From contig JANOEP010000055.1 of NCBI GenBank assembly GCA_031441465.1, forward strand, positions 1 through 31,655: a stretch of 31,655 nucleotides of DNA. Direction: 5' to 3'. The notes beneath the pieces were generated by a model that was given only the letters and a program-made list of their open reading frames with translations, was not told where the DNA came from and ran no database searches. A program made the translations under genes and the position numbers. Below, piece after piece: positions 10,091 to 21,464 of this stretch. This DNA comes from a bacterium. Its GTDB lineage: Bacteria; Krumholzibacteriota; Krumholzibacteriia; LZORAL124-64-63. The stretch's first letter is position 1; every line of letters starts with the position of its first letter.

Positions 10091-10714
10091 ATGCAAGCAC
10101 GGATGATGAGAACATTGCTGATCGCCCTGCTGGCGACCGCAGCCGGGACCGCCATCGGCTGCCCCTCGTCCCTCGACGTGACGGCCAACGGGGGCAAGGC
10201 CTGGCTCGGGATGAGCGCCGGCGGCTTCATCGCCGGCGAAGGGCAGAGCTTTCACAACGACTGCGATGGGGCTCTCTTCAGCGTGGCCTTCCAGCTGGTG
10301 CTGGACGGGGTGACCGCCGGCGGCGTGCCGCCGCTGGGCGCCGGCGACACCGTCTACGCCCAGGTGCGCACCCTGGGCGGCGCCGTGCTGGCGACCCGGT
10401 CGCGGGTGCTGGACTTCTCGACCGGCACGCGTTGGGTCGTCTTCGATTTCACGACGCCGACGCTGAACCTGCCGGCGGGCGACTTTCTGGTGGTCTGCTA
10501 CACGGCTTCGGTCAGGCAGGGCCGGGTGGCCTACTTCCAGAACGGGGACGCGTACGGCCCGGGCGTGCGCTACATCTCCGAGACGGGGGAATTCGGCCCC
10601 TGGACCGCGTTGGCGCCCGCGTCCGGCGACCTCGCGATCATGCTGACGCTGGAGGGCGACGTGGTGGCTGCGGAGCGCGCGACGTGGGGCGCCGTGAAGG
10701 CCGCCTACAGGTAG
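10091..10714 (+). CDS. Secreted hypothetical protein with C-terminal TWGxxKxxYR motif
   Basis: ATG at 10091 with RBS GGGAGG. Signal peptide MRTLLIALLATAAGTAIG, beta-rich body, ends VVAAERATWGAVKAAYR. Confidence 0.8.
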   Translation: MQARMMRTLLIALLATAAGTAIGCPSSLDVTANGGKAWLGMSAGGFIAGEGQSFHNDCDGALFSVAFQLVLDGVTAGGVPPLGAGDTVYAQVRTLGGAVLATRSRVLDFSTGTRWVVFDFTTPTLNLPAGDFLVVCYTASVRQGRVAYFQNGDAYGPGVRYISETGEFGPWTALAPASGDLAIMLTLEGDVVAAERATWGAVKAAYR

Positions 10715-10720
10715 CGCCCG

Positions 10721-11806
10721 TCAGGCCCCGGCCACCGGCGGGGCACGGTCCGCCGCGAAGACGCGCAAGCGCCGCGGCGTGACGTGGACCTCGGAACCGG
10801 CCGCCAACCCGAGCTGCTCCAGGGTTTCCTGGGGCAGCTCCGCGTTCAGCAGCGCGCCGTCGGCCGTCTGCAGCTCCAGCCGCACGACCGGCCCCGCGCT
10901 CTGCACCCGCTTCACGACCGCCCGGATGGCCGCCTGCGTCGGCGGCGTCAGCGACACCTCCCACTCGTGCGGTCGCACGAACACCCGCGCCGGCCCGTCC
11001 TGACGGCCGAGGTCGCCGGCGTCCAGCTCGACGTCCGCGAACGCGACGCGGCCCGCGTCCACCCGGCCGTGGAACTGGTTCACCTCGCCCAGGAAGCGCA
11101 TGACGAATTCCGTGGCGGGGTGGTGGAAGACCTCGTCGGGCGTCCCCTCCTGCTCGATGCGCCCCTCGTTCATCACCACGACCCGGTCGGCGACCTCGAG
11201 CGCCTCGTCCTGGTCGTGGGTGACGAAGACGCTGGTCACGTGCAGCTTGTCGTGGAGGCGACGCAGCCAGACGCGCAGCTCCTTGCGCACCTTCGCGTCC
11301 AGGGCGCCGAAGGGCTCGTCCAGCAGCAGGACCTGCGGTTCGACCGCCAGGGCGCGCGCCAGGGCCACGCGCTGGCGCTGGCCGCCGGAGAGCTGGCCCG
11401 GGTAGCGGTCGGCCAGCGTGTCGAGCTGCACCATCCGCAGCAGGTCGCCGACCCGCGCGCGGATCTCCGCCTTGTCCGGCCGCTCCCGCCGCGGGCGCAC
11501 CTGCAGGCCGAAGGCCACGTTGTCGAACACGGTGAGGTGGCGGAACAGGGCGTAGTGCTGGAACACGAAGCCCACGCCGCGGCGCCGCACCGCCCGCTCC
11601 GCCACGTCGGCGTCGTTGAACAGGACCTGGCCGCTGCCGCGGTCCGCCTGCTCCAGGCCGGCGATGATGCGCAGCAGCGTGGTCTTGCCCGAGCCCGACG
11701 GGCCGAGCAGGGCCATCAACCGGCCGGTGGGCACCGTCAGGCTGACATCGTCGAGGGCGCGGAAGGCGCCGAAGGACTTGGTGATGTGCCGGGCCTCGAT
11801 GCTCAT
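10721..11806 (-). CDS. cysA: Sulfate/thiosulfate ABC transporter ATP-binding protein
   Basis: [48 protein letters not shown]-terminal TOBE-like region. Confidence 0.96.
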   Translation of the reverse strand: MSIEARHITKSFGAFRALDDVSLTVPTGRLMALLGPSGSGKTTLLRIIAGLEQADRGSGQVLFNDADVAERAVRRRGVGFVFQHYALFRHLTVFDNVAFGLQVRPRRERPDKAEIRARVGDLLRMVQLDTLADRYPGQLSGGQRQRVALARALAVEPQVLLLDEPFGALDAKVRKELRVWLRRLHDKLHVTSVFVTHDQDEALEVADRVVVMNEGRIEQEGTPDEVFHHPATEFVMRFLGEVNQFHGRVDAGRVAFADVELDAGDLGRQDGPARVFVRPHEWEVSLTPPTQAAIRAVVKRVQSAGPVVRLELQTADGALLNAELPQETLEQLGLAAGSEVHVTPRRLRVFAADRAPPVAGA

Positions 11807-12699
11807 GGCGCCTCACGGGGCTGGAGTTCTGCGGCGACCTCGGCCGTCGAGGCGCCGGCCCGCCTCTCGACCACCGCTTTCGCGACCAGGGTCGCGAGCG
11901 CCAGCATCGCCAGCAGCGAGGCCACGGCGAACGCGGCGACGTAGTTGTACTCGTTGTACAGGATCTCGACCTGCAGCGGCAAGGTCGCGGTCTTGCCGCG
12001 GATGTGGCCGCTGACCACCGACACGGCGCCGAACTCGCCCATGGCGCGGGCGTTGCAGAGGATCACGCCGTACAGCAGCGCCCACCGCACGTTCGGCAGG
12101 GTGACGCGCCGGAAGGTCTGCCAGCCGCTCGCGCCGAGCGTCATCGCCGCCTGCTCCTCCTCGGTGCCCTGCTCCTCCATCAGCGGGATCAGCTCGCGGG
12201 CGACGAAGGGGAAGGTCACGAAGATCGTCGCCAGCACGATGCCGGGCACCGCGAAGATCACCTGCAGGTCGTGGGCGACCAGCCAGGGACCGAACACGCC
12301 GTTGGCGCCGTAGATCATGATGTAGACCAGGCCGCTGACGACCGGCGAGACGGCGTACGGCAGGTCGATCAGGGTGATGAGCAGCCGCTTGCCGGGGAAG
12401 GCGAACTTGGCGATCGCCCAGGAGGCGGACAGGCCGAAGAAGATGTTCACGGGCACCGCGATCGCGGCGACCAGCAGGGTCAGCCGGATCGCCGCCTGCG
12501 CCTCGGCGTCGCGGAAGCTGGCGAGGTAGGCGCCGAGGCCCTGCCGCAGCGCCTCGGCGAAAACCGAGATCAGGGGCAGCACCAGCACGCACCCCAGCAC
12601 CAGCAGCGTGGCGGCGATCAGCAGGCGGCGCACCGGCGCGGGTTCCCCCACGCCCGGACGGGGCCTCGTCGTCGTGTGCCGCTTGCCGCCGTCGGCCAT
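11803..12699 (-). CDS. cysW: Sulfate ABC transporter permease CysW
   Basis: [49 protein letters not shown]. Confidence 0.96.
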   Translation of the reverse strand: MADGGKRHTTTRPRPGVGEPAPVRRLLIAATLLVLGCVLVLPLISVFAEALRQGLGAYLASFRDAEAQAAIRLTLLVAAIAVPVNIFFGLSASWAIAKFAFPGKRLLITLIDLPYAVSPVVSGLVYIMIYGANGVFGPWLVAHDLQVIFAVPGIVLATIFVTFPFVARELIPLMEEQGTEEEQAAMTLGASGWQTFRRVTLPNVRWALLYGVILCNARAMGEFGAVSVVSGHIRGKTATLPLQVEILYNEYNYVAAFAVASLLAMLALATLVAKAVVERRAGASTAEVAAELQPREAP

Positions 12700-12700
12700 C

Positions 12701-13543
12701 TCAGTTCCCCTCGCGGTAGCGGCCCGTCCAGCCCTGCAGCAGGTTGACCGCCAGCAGGATCACGAACGACAGCACCAGCATGACGGCCCCGATCGCGGTC
12801 GCGCCGGCGTAGTCGTACTGCTCGAGCTTCGCGACGATCAGCAGCGGCACGATCTCGGTCTTGTTGGGCATGTTGCCCGAGATGAACACGACCGACCCGT
12901 ACTCCCCGACCGCGCGGGCGAAGGCCAGCGTGGTGCCGGTCAGCAGGGCCGGCAGGACGGTCGGCACGATGACCCTGCTCAGGATCTGCAGCCGCCCCGC
13001 CCCCAGGACCGCCGCGGCTTCCTCGACTTCGGCGTCGAGGTCCATCAGCGCCGGCTGCAGCGTGCGCACGACGAAGGGCAGCCCGATGAACACCAGCGCG
13101 ACCGTCACGCCCAGCGGCGTGAACGCCACCGGCAGGCCCAGCGGCACGAGCAGGCGGCCGACCCAGCCCTGGGGCGCGAACAGGGCCGTCAGGGCGATGC
13201 CCGAGACGGCCGTCGGCAGGGCGAAGGGCAGGTCGACCAGGGCGTCGATCACCCGCTTGCCGGGGAATTCGTAGCGCACCAGGGTCCAGGCGACGAGAAA
13301 ACCGATGACCGCGTTGATCGCCGCCGCGATCAGCGACGCCCCGAAGCTGAGCCGGAACGCGGCCAGCACCCGGGGCGTGGTGACCGTCTCCCACACTCCG
13401 CCGAAACCCAGCCCGGCCGAGCGCACGAACAGGCCCGCCAGCGGGATCACGACGACCACGCTGACCATGAACACGGTGATCCCGAGCGTCGGGCCGAACC
13501 CGGGCAGCACGCCGACGCGGCGCCTGGTTCGGCCCGCCTTCAC
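12701..13543 (-). CDS. cysT: Sulfate ABC transporter permease CysT
   Basis: VLPGFG, DALVDLPFALPTAVSGIAL, FARAVGEYGSVVFISGNMP. Confidence 0.96.
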   Translation of the reverse strand: MKAGRTRRRVGVLPGFGPTLGITVFMVSVVVVIPLAGLFVRSAGLGFGGVWETVTTPRVLAAFRLSFGASLIAAAINAVIGFLVAWTLVRYEFPGKRVIDALVDLPFALPTAVSGIALTALFAPQGWVGRLLVPLGLPVAFTPLGVTVALVFIGLPFVVRTLQPALMDLDAEVEEAAAVLGAGRLQILSRVIVPTVLPALLTGTTLAFARAVGEYGSVVFISGNMPNKTEIVPLLIVAKLEQYDYAGATAIGAVMLVLSFVILLAVNLLQGWTGRYREGN

Positions 13544-13562
13544 GCCGGCTCCGACTGCGGGC

Positions 13563-14642
13563 TCACTGGCCGCCCGCCGTGATCTGGTCGAAGACGCCGC
13601 CGTCGTCGAAGTGGCGCCGCTGCGCCTGCTGCCAACCGCCGAAGACCTCGTCGACGGTGACCAGGGTCAGGGCGGGGAAACGGGCCAAGTCCGCCGGATC
13701 CGCGTGCTCGGGCGACACGGGCCGGTAGTAGTGGCGGGCCACGAGGCGCTGGCCCTGCGGCGAGTAGAGGAATTCCAGGTACGCCTGCGCGACCTCGAGC
13801 GTCCCGTGCTCGCGGGCCCAGTGGTCCACGACCGTCACCGGCGGTTCGGCGAGGATGCTGACCGTGGGCACGACGATCTCGAACTCGCCGACGCCCAGCT
13901 CGGTGACGGCCAGGAAGGCCTCGTTCTCCCAGGCCAGCAGCACGTCGCCGATCCCGTTGCGGGCGAAGGTGTTGGTCGAGCCGCGGGCGCCGGAGTCGAG
14001 CACCGGCACGCGCTTGAACAGTTCGGTCACGAAGGCCCGCGCCGCCGCTTCGGCCGCCTTGACCTCGGCGGCGGCCGCCGGGTCGTGCAGCTTGGCCAGG
14101 TCGCCGAGTTCGCGGCGCAGGACGTGGGACCAGGCTGCCAGGTAGTTCCAGCGCGCGCCGCCGGAAGTCTTCGGGTTCGGCGTCACGATCGCGACGCCCG
14201 GCTTCAACAGGTCGTCCCAGTCGCGGATGTGCTTGGGATTACCCTTGCGCACCAGGAAGACGATCGTCGAGGTGTAGGGAGAGGAGTTGTGCGGCAGGCG
14301 CTGCTGCCAGTCCGCGGGCAGGTAGCTGGTGTGCTTCGCGATCGCGTCGATGTCGTAGGCCAGGGCGAGGGTGACGACGTCGGCCTGCAGGCCGTCGATC
14401 ACCGCACGGGCCTGCTTCCCGGCCCCGCCGTGGGACTGGTGCACGGTCACGGCCTGCCCGGTCTTGGCGAGCCAGTGCGCGGCGAAGGCCTCGTTGACAT
14501 CGCGGTAGAGTTCGCGCGTGGGATCGTAGGAGACGTTCAGCAGCTCGACCGATTTCGGGGTTGCGCGGGCCGCGCCAGAAAGAGCGACCGCCAGGGCGGC
14601 CAGCACGAGCAAGGCGACAACGGCCAGGATCCGGATCTTCAT
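13563..14642 (-). CDS. sbp: Sulfate-binding periplasmic protein
   Basis: Signal peptide from ATG 14642 (RBS GGAGGG). [43 protein letters not shown]. Confidence 0.95.
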   Translation of the reverse strand: MKIRILAVVALLVLAALAVALSGAARATPKSVELLNVSYDPTRELYRDVNEAFAAHWLAKTGQAVTVHQSHGGAGKQARAVIDGLQADVVTLALAYDIDAIAKHTSYLPADWQQRLPHNSSPYTSTIVFLVRKGNPKHIRDWDDLLKPGVAIVTPNPKTSGGARWNYLAAWSHVLRRELGDLAKLHDPAAAAEVKAAEAAARAFVTELFKRVPVLDSGARGSTNTFARNGIGDVLLAWENEAFLAVTELGVGEFEIVVPTVSILAEPPVTVVDHWAREHGTLEVAQAYLEFLYSPQGQRLVARHYYRPVSPEHADPADLARFPALTLVTVDEVFGGWQQAQRRHFDDGGVFDQITAGGQ

Positions 14643-14787
14643 GGCAACACCCTCCGGGTCGAAGATCATCGATTAACACATCGGGCACGAGCACATCAAC
14701 AATAATCGTTCTCAAACCATCTTGGATGTTAATTTATTGTTATTCAACACGATAGGCCAAGAGCCCCGCACGGCCGACCCGATTCCT

Positions 14788-14820
14788 TCAAATATCATGG
14801 AACTTTTCCTTTATATTTGA
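14788..14820. promoter_or_regulatory. Dyad-symmetric site in the sbp/regulator divergent region
   Basis: TCAAATAT-cat-GGAA-ctt-TTCC-ttt-ATATTTGA. A second inverted repeat, AACAATAA (14698-14705) / TTATTGTT (14734-14741), lies nearby. Confidence 0.55.
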
Positions 14821-14861
14821 CGGGACCCCGACATATGATCTGGGACCCGGGAGGCAACACG

Positions 14862-16453
<1,592 letters not shown>

Positions 16454-16457
<4 letters not shown>

Positions 16458-17230
16458 CGGACCTCAAGGACACCTGCGTGATGGTCACCGGCGCCAGCTC
16501 CGGCATCGGCGAGGCCTGCGCCCGCGCGTTCTCGCGCGAAGGGGCGCGCCTGATCCTGGTCGCGCGCCGTCGCGATCGCCTCGAGGCGCTCGCCGCCGAA
16601 CTCGTTTCCGAATACGGCGCCCCGTCGCTGACGGTCGAACTCGACGTGCGCGACCGCGACGCCGTGAACGCCGCCGTGTCGGCGCTGCCCGCGCCGTGGC
16701 GCGAGGTCGACGTGCTGGTCAACAACGCCGGCCTGAGCCGCGGTCTCGACCCGCTGCACCAGGGCGACCACACGGACTGGGAAGAGATGATCGACACCAA
16801 CGTCAAGGGCCTGCTGTGGGTGTCGCGGGCGGTGCTGCCGGGCATGGCGGCCCGCGACCGCGGCCACGTGGTGAACATCGGCTCGATCGCCGGCCACGAG
16901 GTCTACCCCAACGGCAACGTCTACTGCGCGACGAAGTCGGCGGTGGCGGCTCTCGGGCACGGGATGCGGATCGACCTGAAGGGGACGCGCGTGCGCGTCA
17001 GCAACGTGGATCCCGGGATGGTGGAATCGGAGTTCAGCCTCGTGCGCTTTCACGGGGACGAAGAGCGGGCCGCCAAGGTCTACCGCAGCTTCCCGCCGCT
17101 GCAGCCCGGCGACGTGGCCGACGCGGTGCTCTACTGCGTGACGCGGCCGCCGCACGTGAACGTCTCGGAACTCGTGCTGTGGCCCACGGACCAGAAGACG
17201 GCGACGATCAACCACCCACGCGGACTTTGA
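16454..17230 (+). CDS. YdfG-like NAD(P)-dependent short-chain dehydrogenase
   Basis: TGASSGIG, NNAG, YCATK. GTGA overlap with the regulator stop. Confidence 0.92.
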
Positions 17231-17819
17231 CCGTGAGCGCCGCGTCGATGGCTTCGCGCAGCTCCGGCGCATCCGGCGCCGTGCGCGGCCCGAAGCGGGC
17301 GATCACGCGGCCGTCGCGGCCGACCAGGTACTTGGTGAAGTTCCAGGTGGGTTCTTCCAGGCCGCCCGCGGTCAGGAAGCGGTACAGGTCGCACTTGCCG
17401 TCGCCCTTGACCGCCACCTTCTCGAACAGCGGGAAGGTCACCTGGTATTTCGTGTCGCAGAAGGCGCGGATCTCCTCGGGCGTGCCCGGCTCCTGACCCA
17501 TGAAGTCGTTGCTCGGGAAACCGAGGACGGCGAAGCCGGCCCCGGCCAACTCGCGGTGCAGCTTCTCGAGTCCCTCGTACTGCGGGGTGAGCCCGCACTT
17601 GCTGGCCGTGTTGACCACCAGGGTGACCCGGCCCTTCCAGGCGGACAGGGTCGTCGGTTCGCCCGCCAGCGTGCGGGTCGTCAGGTCGTAGAACGAACCC
17701 GTGTCGGCGCCGGCCTCGGCCTGCTGGACGCCGGCCGCCGTGGCGGATCGCAGAAGCAGCGCGGTGGCCAGGCCGACGGCGGCCGCCAAGGCGAGCAGGA
17801 CGAGCAGCAGAGCTTTCAA
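17208..17819 (-). CDS. Glutathione peroxidase family protein (Cys type) with N-terminal signal or anchor
   Basis: TTG at 17819 with RBS GGAGG 8 nt upstream. VNTASKCGLTPQY, GFPSNDF-QEPG, WNFTKYLV. Its 3' end overlaps the convergent SDR by 23 bp. Confidence 0.92.
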   Translation of the reverse strand: MKALLLVLLALAAAVGLATALLLRSATAAGVQQAEAGADTGSFYDLTTRTLAGEPTTLSAWKGRVTLVVNTASKCGLTPQYEGLEKLHRELAGAGFAVLGFPSNDFMGQEPGTPEEIRAFCDTKYQVTFPLFEKVAVKGDGKCDLYRFLTAGGLEEPTWNFTKYLVGRDGRVIARFGPRTAPDAPELREAIDAALTVKVRVGG

Positions 17820-17930
17820 GTCCGGGACCTCCGGGGTTGTCGGGATCGCCTGCGGAACCCACAGGATACCTACCGATCGGCGCCACGGCCATCCGGCCGG
17901 CCCGCGCCGCGTCGCCACGTCGCGGTCGCC

Positions 17931-20129
17931 CTACATGGCGGGTCCGACCTCCAGCACCTCCCAGTGCCGGCGCTCGCTCTCCTCGCCGTATTCCACCTGG
18001 TCGCCGACCCGGGCGCCCATGAACGCCATCGCCAGCGGCGCGCGGTAGGACAGGATGCCCGACTCGGGCAGGGAGTCCCACACGCCCAGGAAGCTGTAGG
18101 TCTCCTCGGTGCCGTTCAAAAGGTCGCGCACGCGCACGCGGGTGCCGACGTTGACGAAGGCCGAGCGCACCATCTCGTCGGTGATGATCTTGGCGCGGGC
18201 CAGCTCGTTCTCCAGACGCGTGGCGCGGCTGGTGATCTGGTCGCGCTTCTCCAGAGCCGCGGTGTACTCCGCGTTCTCGCTCAGGTCGCCGTGGCTCGCG
18301 GCCTCGCCGATCTGGCGGGCGACGGCCGGCAGGTCGACCTGGACCAGCTCGTCCAGCGCCGCCTGACGGTGCTGCAGACCCGACATCGTCGTGTAGTAGA
18401 CGTCCTCTTCCCAGGGCCGCGACATCTCGGCGAAGACCTCGGGGTGGGCGGTGCGCAGCCAGCCCAGCAGGCTGGTGCGGGTGCTGGCGCGGATGCCGCC
18501 GTTGCGCTCGATGCGCTCCTTGAGGACGCGCGCCTCGTCCGGACTGGTGGTCGACAGGTAGATGCGGATCGGCTCGCCGTCGTGCAGCTCGAGCCCCTCC
18601 TGCCCCTGCTCCAGCACGCGGCGCAGACGCTTGTCGTCCGACAGGGCGGTCATGCGGCCGGTCGCGTCCATCAGGTCCAGCAGGGCGTTCATCAGGCGAC
18701 CCACGCCCAGGCCCTTCATCGCGGCCAGCGACTGCCCGGTCTTGGAATCCGCGAACCTGGTCCGCCACAGCCAACCGAGCACCTCCGGCGACGCGGTCGG
18801 GTGGGCCAGCACGCTCTCGAGGGCCGAGACCAGGACGGGCTCCTGGCCGGCGGCGAGCAGCTCGCGCGCCATCATGTCGGCGGTCATCCGCCCGGTGCGG
18901 GGCAGCACCCGCCCCCAGAAGACGGTCCACTGCTCGGCCGGCAGGATCTTGCGCACGAAGGCCAGCACCAGCTGGAGCAGCCGGTCGCCCAGGTGCGAGG
19001 GCAGCACGGCGGGCTCGTGGATCCGCTTGATCACCTGCGCGGCGGCCCGCGGGTTCACGTCCACGACGTCGCCGCCCAGCTCGACCGCCTCGGCGTGGAG
19101 GGCCAGGCAGGCCAGCGTCAACGCGGCGTCCTTCTCCAGCAGCGGTCCGGCCAGGCGCGCGGCGGCGTTGCCCAGCTCCCCGACCATCTCGCGCGAGACG
19201 GACTTGTCGCGGCGGGCCTCGCCGAGCCTCTCCAGGATGAACTGCAGCCGGGGCGCGGGCTCGGTCAGCCCACGCAACTGCTCGCGCACGCGATCTTCGT
19301 AGGAACTCTCCTGGCGCAGCAGGTGGAAGGTCGGCTGGCCGGTGCCGGTCATCTCGATGCGGGTGGAGGTCTTCAGGACCAGACGGGCCTTCTTCCACCA
19401 GCCCGTCCAGCCGTCCTCGCCGTGGAGCGCGACGTAGTGGGTGCGCAGCTCCCGGTGGGCGAGGGTCCGGTCGCGGGTCGAGGACAGCGCCATGACGACG
19501 AAGGATTCGGGGTCGCCGGCGGCCATCTGCCGCAGCTCGTCGGGCCGGTAGAGCAGCAGGGACGGGAAGTGGTCCGGCGGCAGGACGATCACCTCGGCGA
19601 CACGAGCCCGCTCCAGGACCTCACGCCGCCCGCTGAACGAGACAGTCAGCCGGGTGTGCTCCGCGTCGACCTCTTCGACCATGCCGGGTTCGAGGTGCGA
19701 GCGGTCGCTCAGGAACGAGCCGGGGCGCAGCTGCAGGAAACGGTCCAGCACGGCCAGTCCTTCGGTCAGGGGAATTCCTTCGGCCAGCAGGCGCGACGTC
19801 AGCGTGCCCGCATGCTCGTAATCGGTGTGGAACGAGGGCATCAGCTGCCGCAGCTCGCGCCGCAGCACGGTCGATGCCGGCAGCAGGACGGTGGCCTGAC
19901 GGGCGACGTCGAGCCGGGCGCGACGGCCGCCACGCTGTTCGAAGACATGCAGCAACCCCTGGAGCATGGTGTCGGCCCGCTCCTCCTCGCCCAAGCGCCG
20001 CACCTGCGCGGCCACCCGCAGCAACTCCTCGACCTCGGCTTCGGGCTCATCGAGCGCCTCGCTCCACAGCACCTCGAGGTCGGTGAACTGACGCGAGTTG
20101 GCCAGCTTCTTCAGCTTGATCAGATTCAT
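17931..20129 (-). CDS. greA: GreA/GreB elongation factor with long N-terminal extension
   Basis: C-terminal AASHGDLSENAEYTAA, VGTRV, ILSYRAPLAMAFMG. About 570 aa of N-terminal extension; ATG at 20129. Confidence 0.88.
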   Translation of the reverse strand: MNLIKLKKLANSRQFTDLEVLWSEALDEPEAEVEELLRVAAQVRRLGEEERADTMLQGLLHVFEQRGGRRARLDVARQATVLLPASTVLRRELRQLMPSFHTDYEHAGTLTSRLLAEGIPLTEGLAVLDRFLQLRPGSFLSDRSHLEPGMVEEVDAEHTRLTVSFSGRREVLERARVAEVIVLPPDHFPSLLLYRPDELRQMAAGDPESFVVMALSSTRDRTLAHRELRTHYVALHGEDGWTGWWKKARLVLKTSTRIEMTGTGQPTFHLLRQESSYEDRVREQLRGLTEPAPRLQFILERLGEARRDKSVSREMVGELGNAAARLAGPLLEKDAALTLACLALHAEAVELGGDVVDVNPRAAAQVIKRIHEPAVLPSHLGDRLLQLVLAFVRKILPAEQWTVFWGRVLPRTGRMTADMMARELLAAGQEPVLVSALESVLAHPTASPEVLGWLWRTRFADSKTGQSLAAMKGLGVGRLMNALLDLMDATGRMTALSDDKRLRRVLEQGQEGLELHDGEPIRIYLSTTSPDEARVLKERIERNGGIRASTRTSLLGWLRTAHPEVFAEMSRPWEEDVYYTTMSGLQHRQAALDELVQVDLPAVARQIGEAASHGDLSENAEYTAALEKRDQITSRATRLENELARAKIITDEMVRSAFVNVGTRVRVRDLLNGTEETYSFLGVWDSLPESGILSYRAPLAMAFMGARVGDQVEYGEESERRHWEVLEVGPAM

Positions 20130-20294
20130 GGCGTCCCCGTCTCCGGCGAGCGGACAAAAAATCACCCGCCGTTGTATTGCAGCGGCCGGGCTCGCGCGGT
20201 GTTTTTGAGGTTAACTGTCGGTCTTCAAGATAGCAGATTTAAACGGTTGTGCCGTCGAAAATGTGTCCGGCCCGCTTGATGCCCCGGTCCGAGC

Positions 20295-21395
20295 ATGCAC
20301 ACCATCGATTCGGGCTTCGTCCCGCCTCACTGCCCCAACCCTAACTGCCGCCATCACAGGCAGTTGACGCCCGGCTGGCGCTTCAAGCGCATCGGCTACT
20401 ACCGGCGACACCTCAGCCCGCACCGTATCCAGCGGTTCCTATGCCTCCATTGCCGCCGCTCCTTCAGCACCCAGACCTTTGCCACCTCCTACTGGCTCAA
20501 GCGACCCGACATCCTCCCACAGCTGCTGACCAAGACCACCGGCTGCATGGCCAACCGACAGATCGCCAGGGACCTGCGCGTTGCGCCTTCGACCATCGAC
20601 CGCCAGCTCAGCCGGCTCGGCCGTCACTGCCTGCTCTTCCACACCGAGCGAATGCAGTCTGCCAGGCCGGCCAACCAGTTCGTCATCGACGGCTTCGTCA
20701 CCTTCGAGCAATCCCAGTACTGGCCTTTCCACCACCACCTGGCCGTGGAGAAGGACACCGACTTCCTGGTCTACTTCACCGACAGCGAATTGCGCCGCAG
20801 CGGCCGCATGACCAAGGCGCAGAAGCGCAAGCGCAAGCGATTGGAGGACCTGCACGGTCGTCCCGACCCGAAGGCCGTCTACAAGGACGTGAAGCATCTG
20901 CTGGAAGTGGTCGCCGGCGGGCAGCGGCGGGTGACCGTGCTGAGCGACGACCACCGGGACTACCCTAGAGCGCTAAAGAGGTTGCCTTGCGAGTCGACCC
21001 ACCTGGTGACCTCGAGTCAGGAACGGCGGGACGTGGGCAATCCATTGTTCCCGATCAACTTGGCGGATCTGTTGATCCGCCACAGCAGCTCGAACCACAA
21101 GCGCGAGACGATCGCGTGGTCAAAGCGTCGTCAGTCGAGTGCGGAGCGATTGGCGGTGTTCCTGGTGTGGCGGAACTACATGAAGGGACGGCGGGAGAAG
21201 GAGCGGGGCAGCCAGACGCCGGCTCAGGCGCGCGGGATGTTCGACAGCCGGCTCGAAGTGCGGGATCTGCTGGAGCGGCGATTGTTCGTGAGCCGAAGCA
21301 AGTTACCGGCGCGGTGGGCTGAATACTACTGGCGCACGGTCTGCACGCGGGTGTTGCCGCGGCAGCGGCGGCATGAGTTGAGCTACGCGGTGTGA
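20295..21395 (+). CDS. Putative transposase (Zn ribbon + HTH + RNase H-like domain), IS1-like
   Basis: CPNPNC...QRFLCLHCRRSFS, HTH NRQIARDLRVAPSTIDRQL, FVIDGF, LSDDHRDY, INLADLLIRH...RETIAWSK. Confidence 0.8.
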   Translation: MHTIDSGFVPPHCPNPNCRHHRQLTPGWRFKRIGYYRRHLSPHRIQRFLCLHCRRSFSTQTFATSYWLKRPDILPQLLTKTTGCMANRQIARDLRVAPSTIDRQLSRLGRHCLLFHTERMQSARPANQFVIDGFVTFEQSQYWPFHHHLAVEKDTDFLVYFTDSELRRSGRMTKAQKRKRKRLEDLHGRPDPKAVYKDVKHLLEVVAGGQRRVTVLSDDHRDYPRALKRLPCESTHLVTSSQERRDVGNPLFPINLADLLIRHSSSNHKRETIAWSKRRQSSAERLAVFLVWRNYMKGRREKERGSQTPAQARGMFDSRLEVRDLLERRLFVSRSKLPARWAEYYWRTVCTRVLPRQRRHELSYAV

Positions 21396-21403
21396 GGTGA
21401 TGT

Positions 21404-21440
21404 AACAAAAGCCGGCCGCGTCAACCTGTGGCGCGGCCGG
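21404..21440 (-). terminator. Terminator-like hairpin inside the IS right end, facing incoming minus-strand transcription
   Basis: Minus strand CCGGCCGCGCCA-CAGGT-TGACGCGGCCGG followed by CTTTTGTT. Confidence 0.6.
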
Positions 21441-21464
21441 ACACAATTTCGACGGCACAACCAA

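Larger units (their letters stand above)
20245..21462 (+). mobile_element. 1218-bp insertion sequence, IS1-like, with 28-bp terminal inverted repeats
   Basis: Left end GGTTGTGCCGTCGAAAATGTGTCCGGCC (20245-20272); the reverse complement of 21435-21462 matches at 27/28. Encloses a single transposase-like ORF. No flanking target duplication seen. Confidence 0.9.

Noticed and set aside
14740..14760. Sigma54-like TTGGCCTATCGTGTTGAA upstream of sbp (minus strand)
   Set aside because: Spacing is GG-N11-GA rather than the strict GG-N10-GC.
17590..17610. Selenocysteine in the glutathione peroxidase
   Set aside because: The active-site codon is TGC (Cys), and the frame is open.
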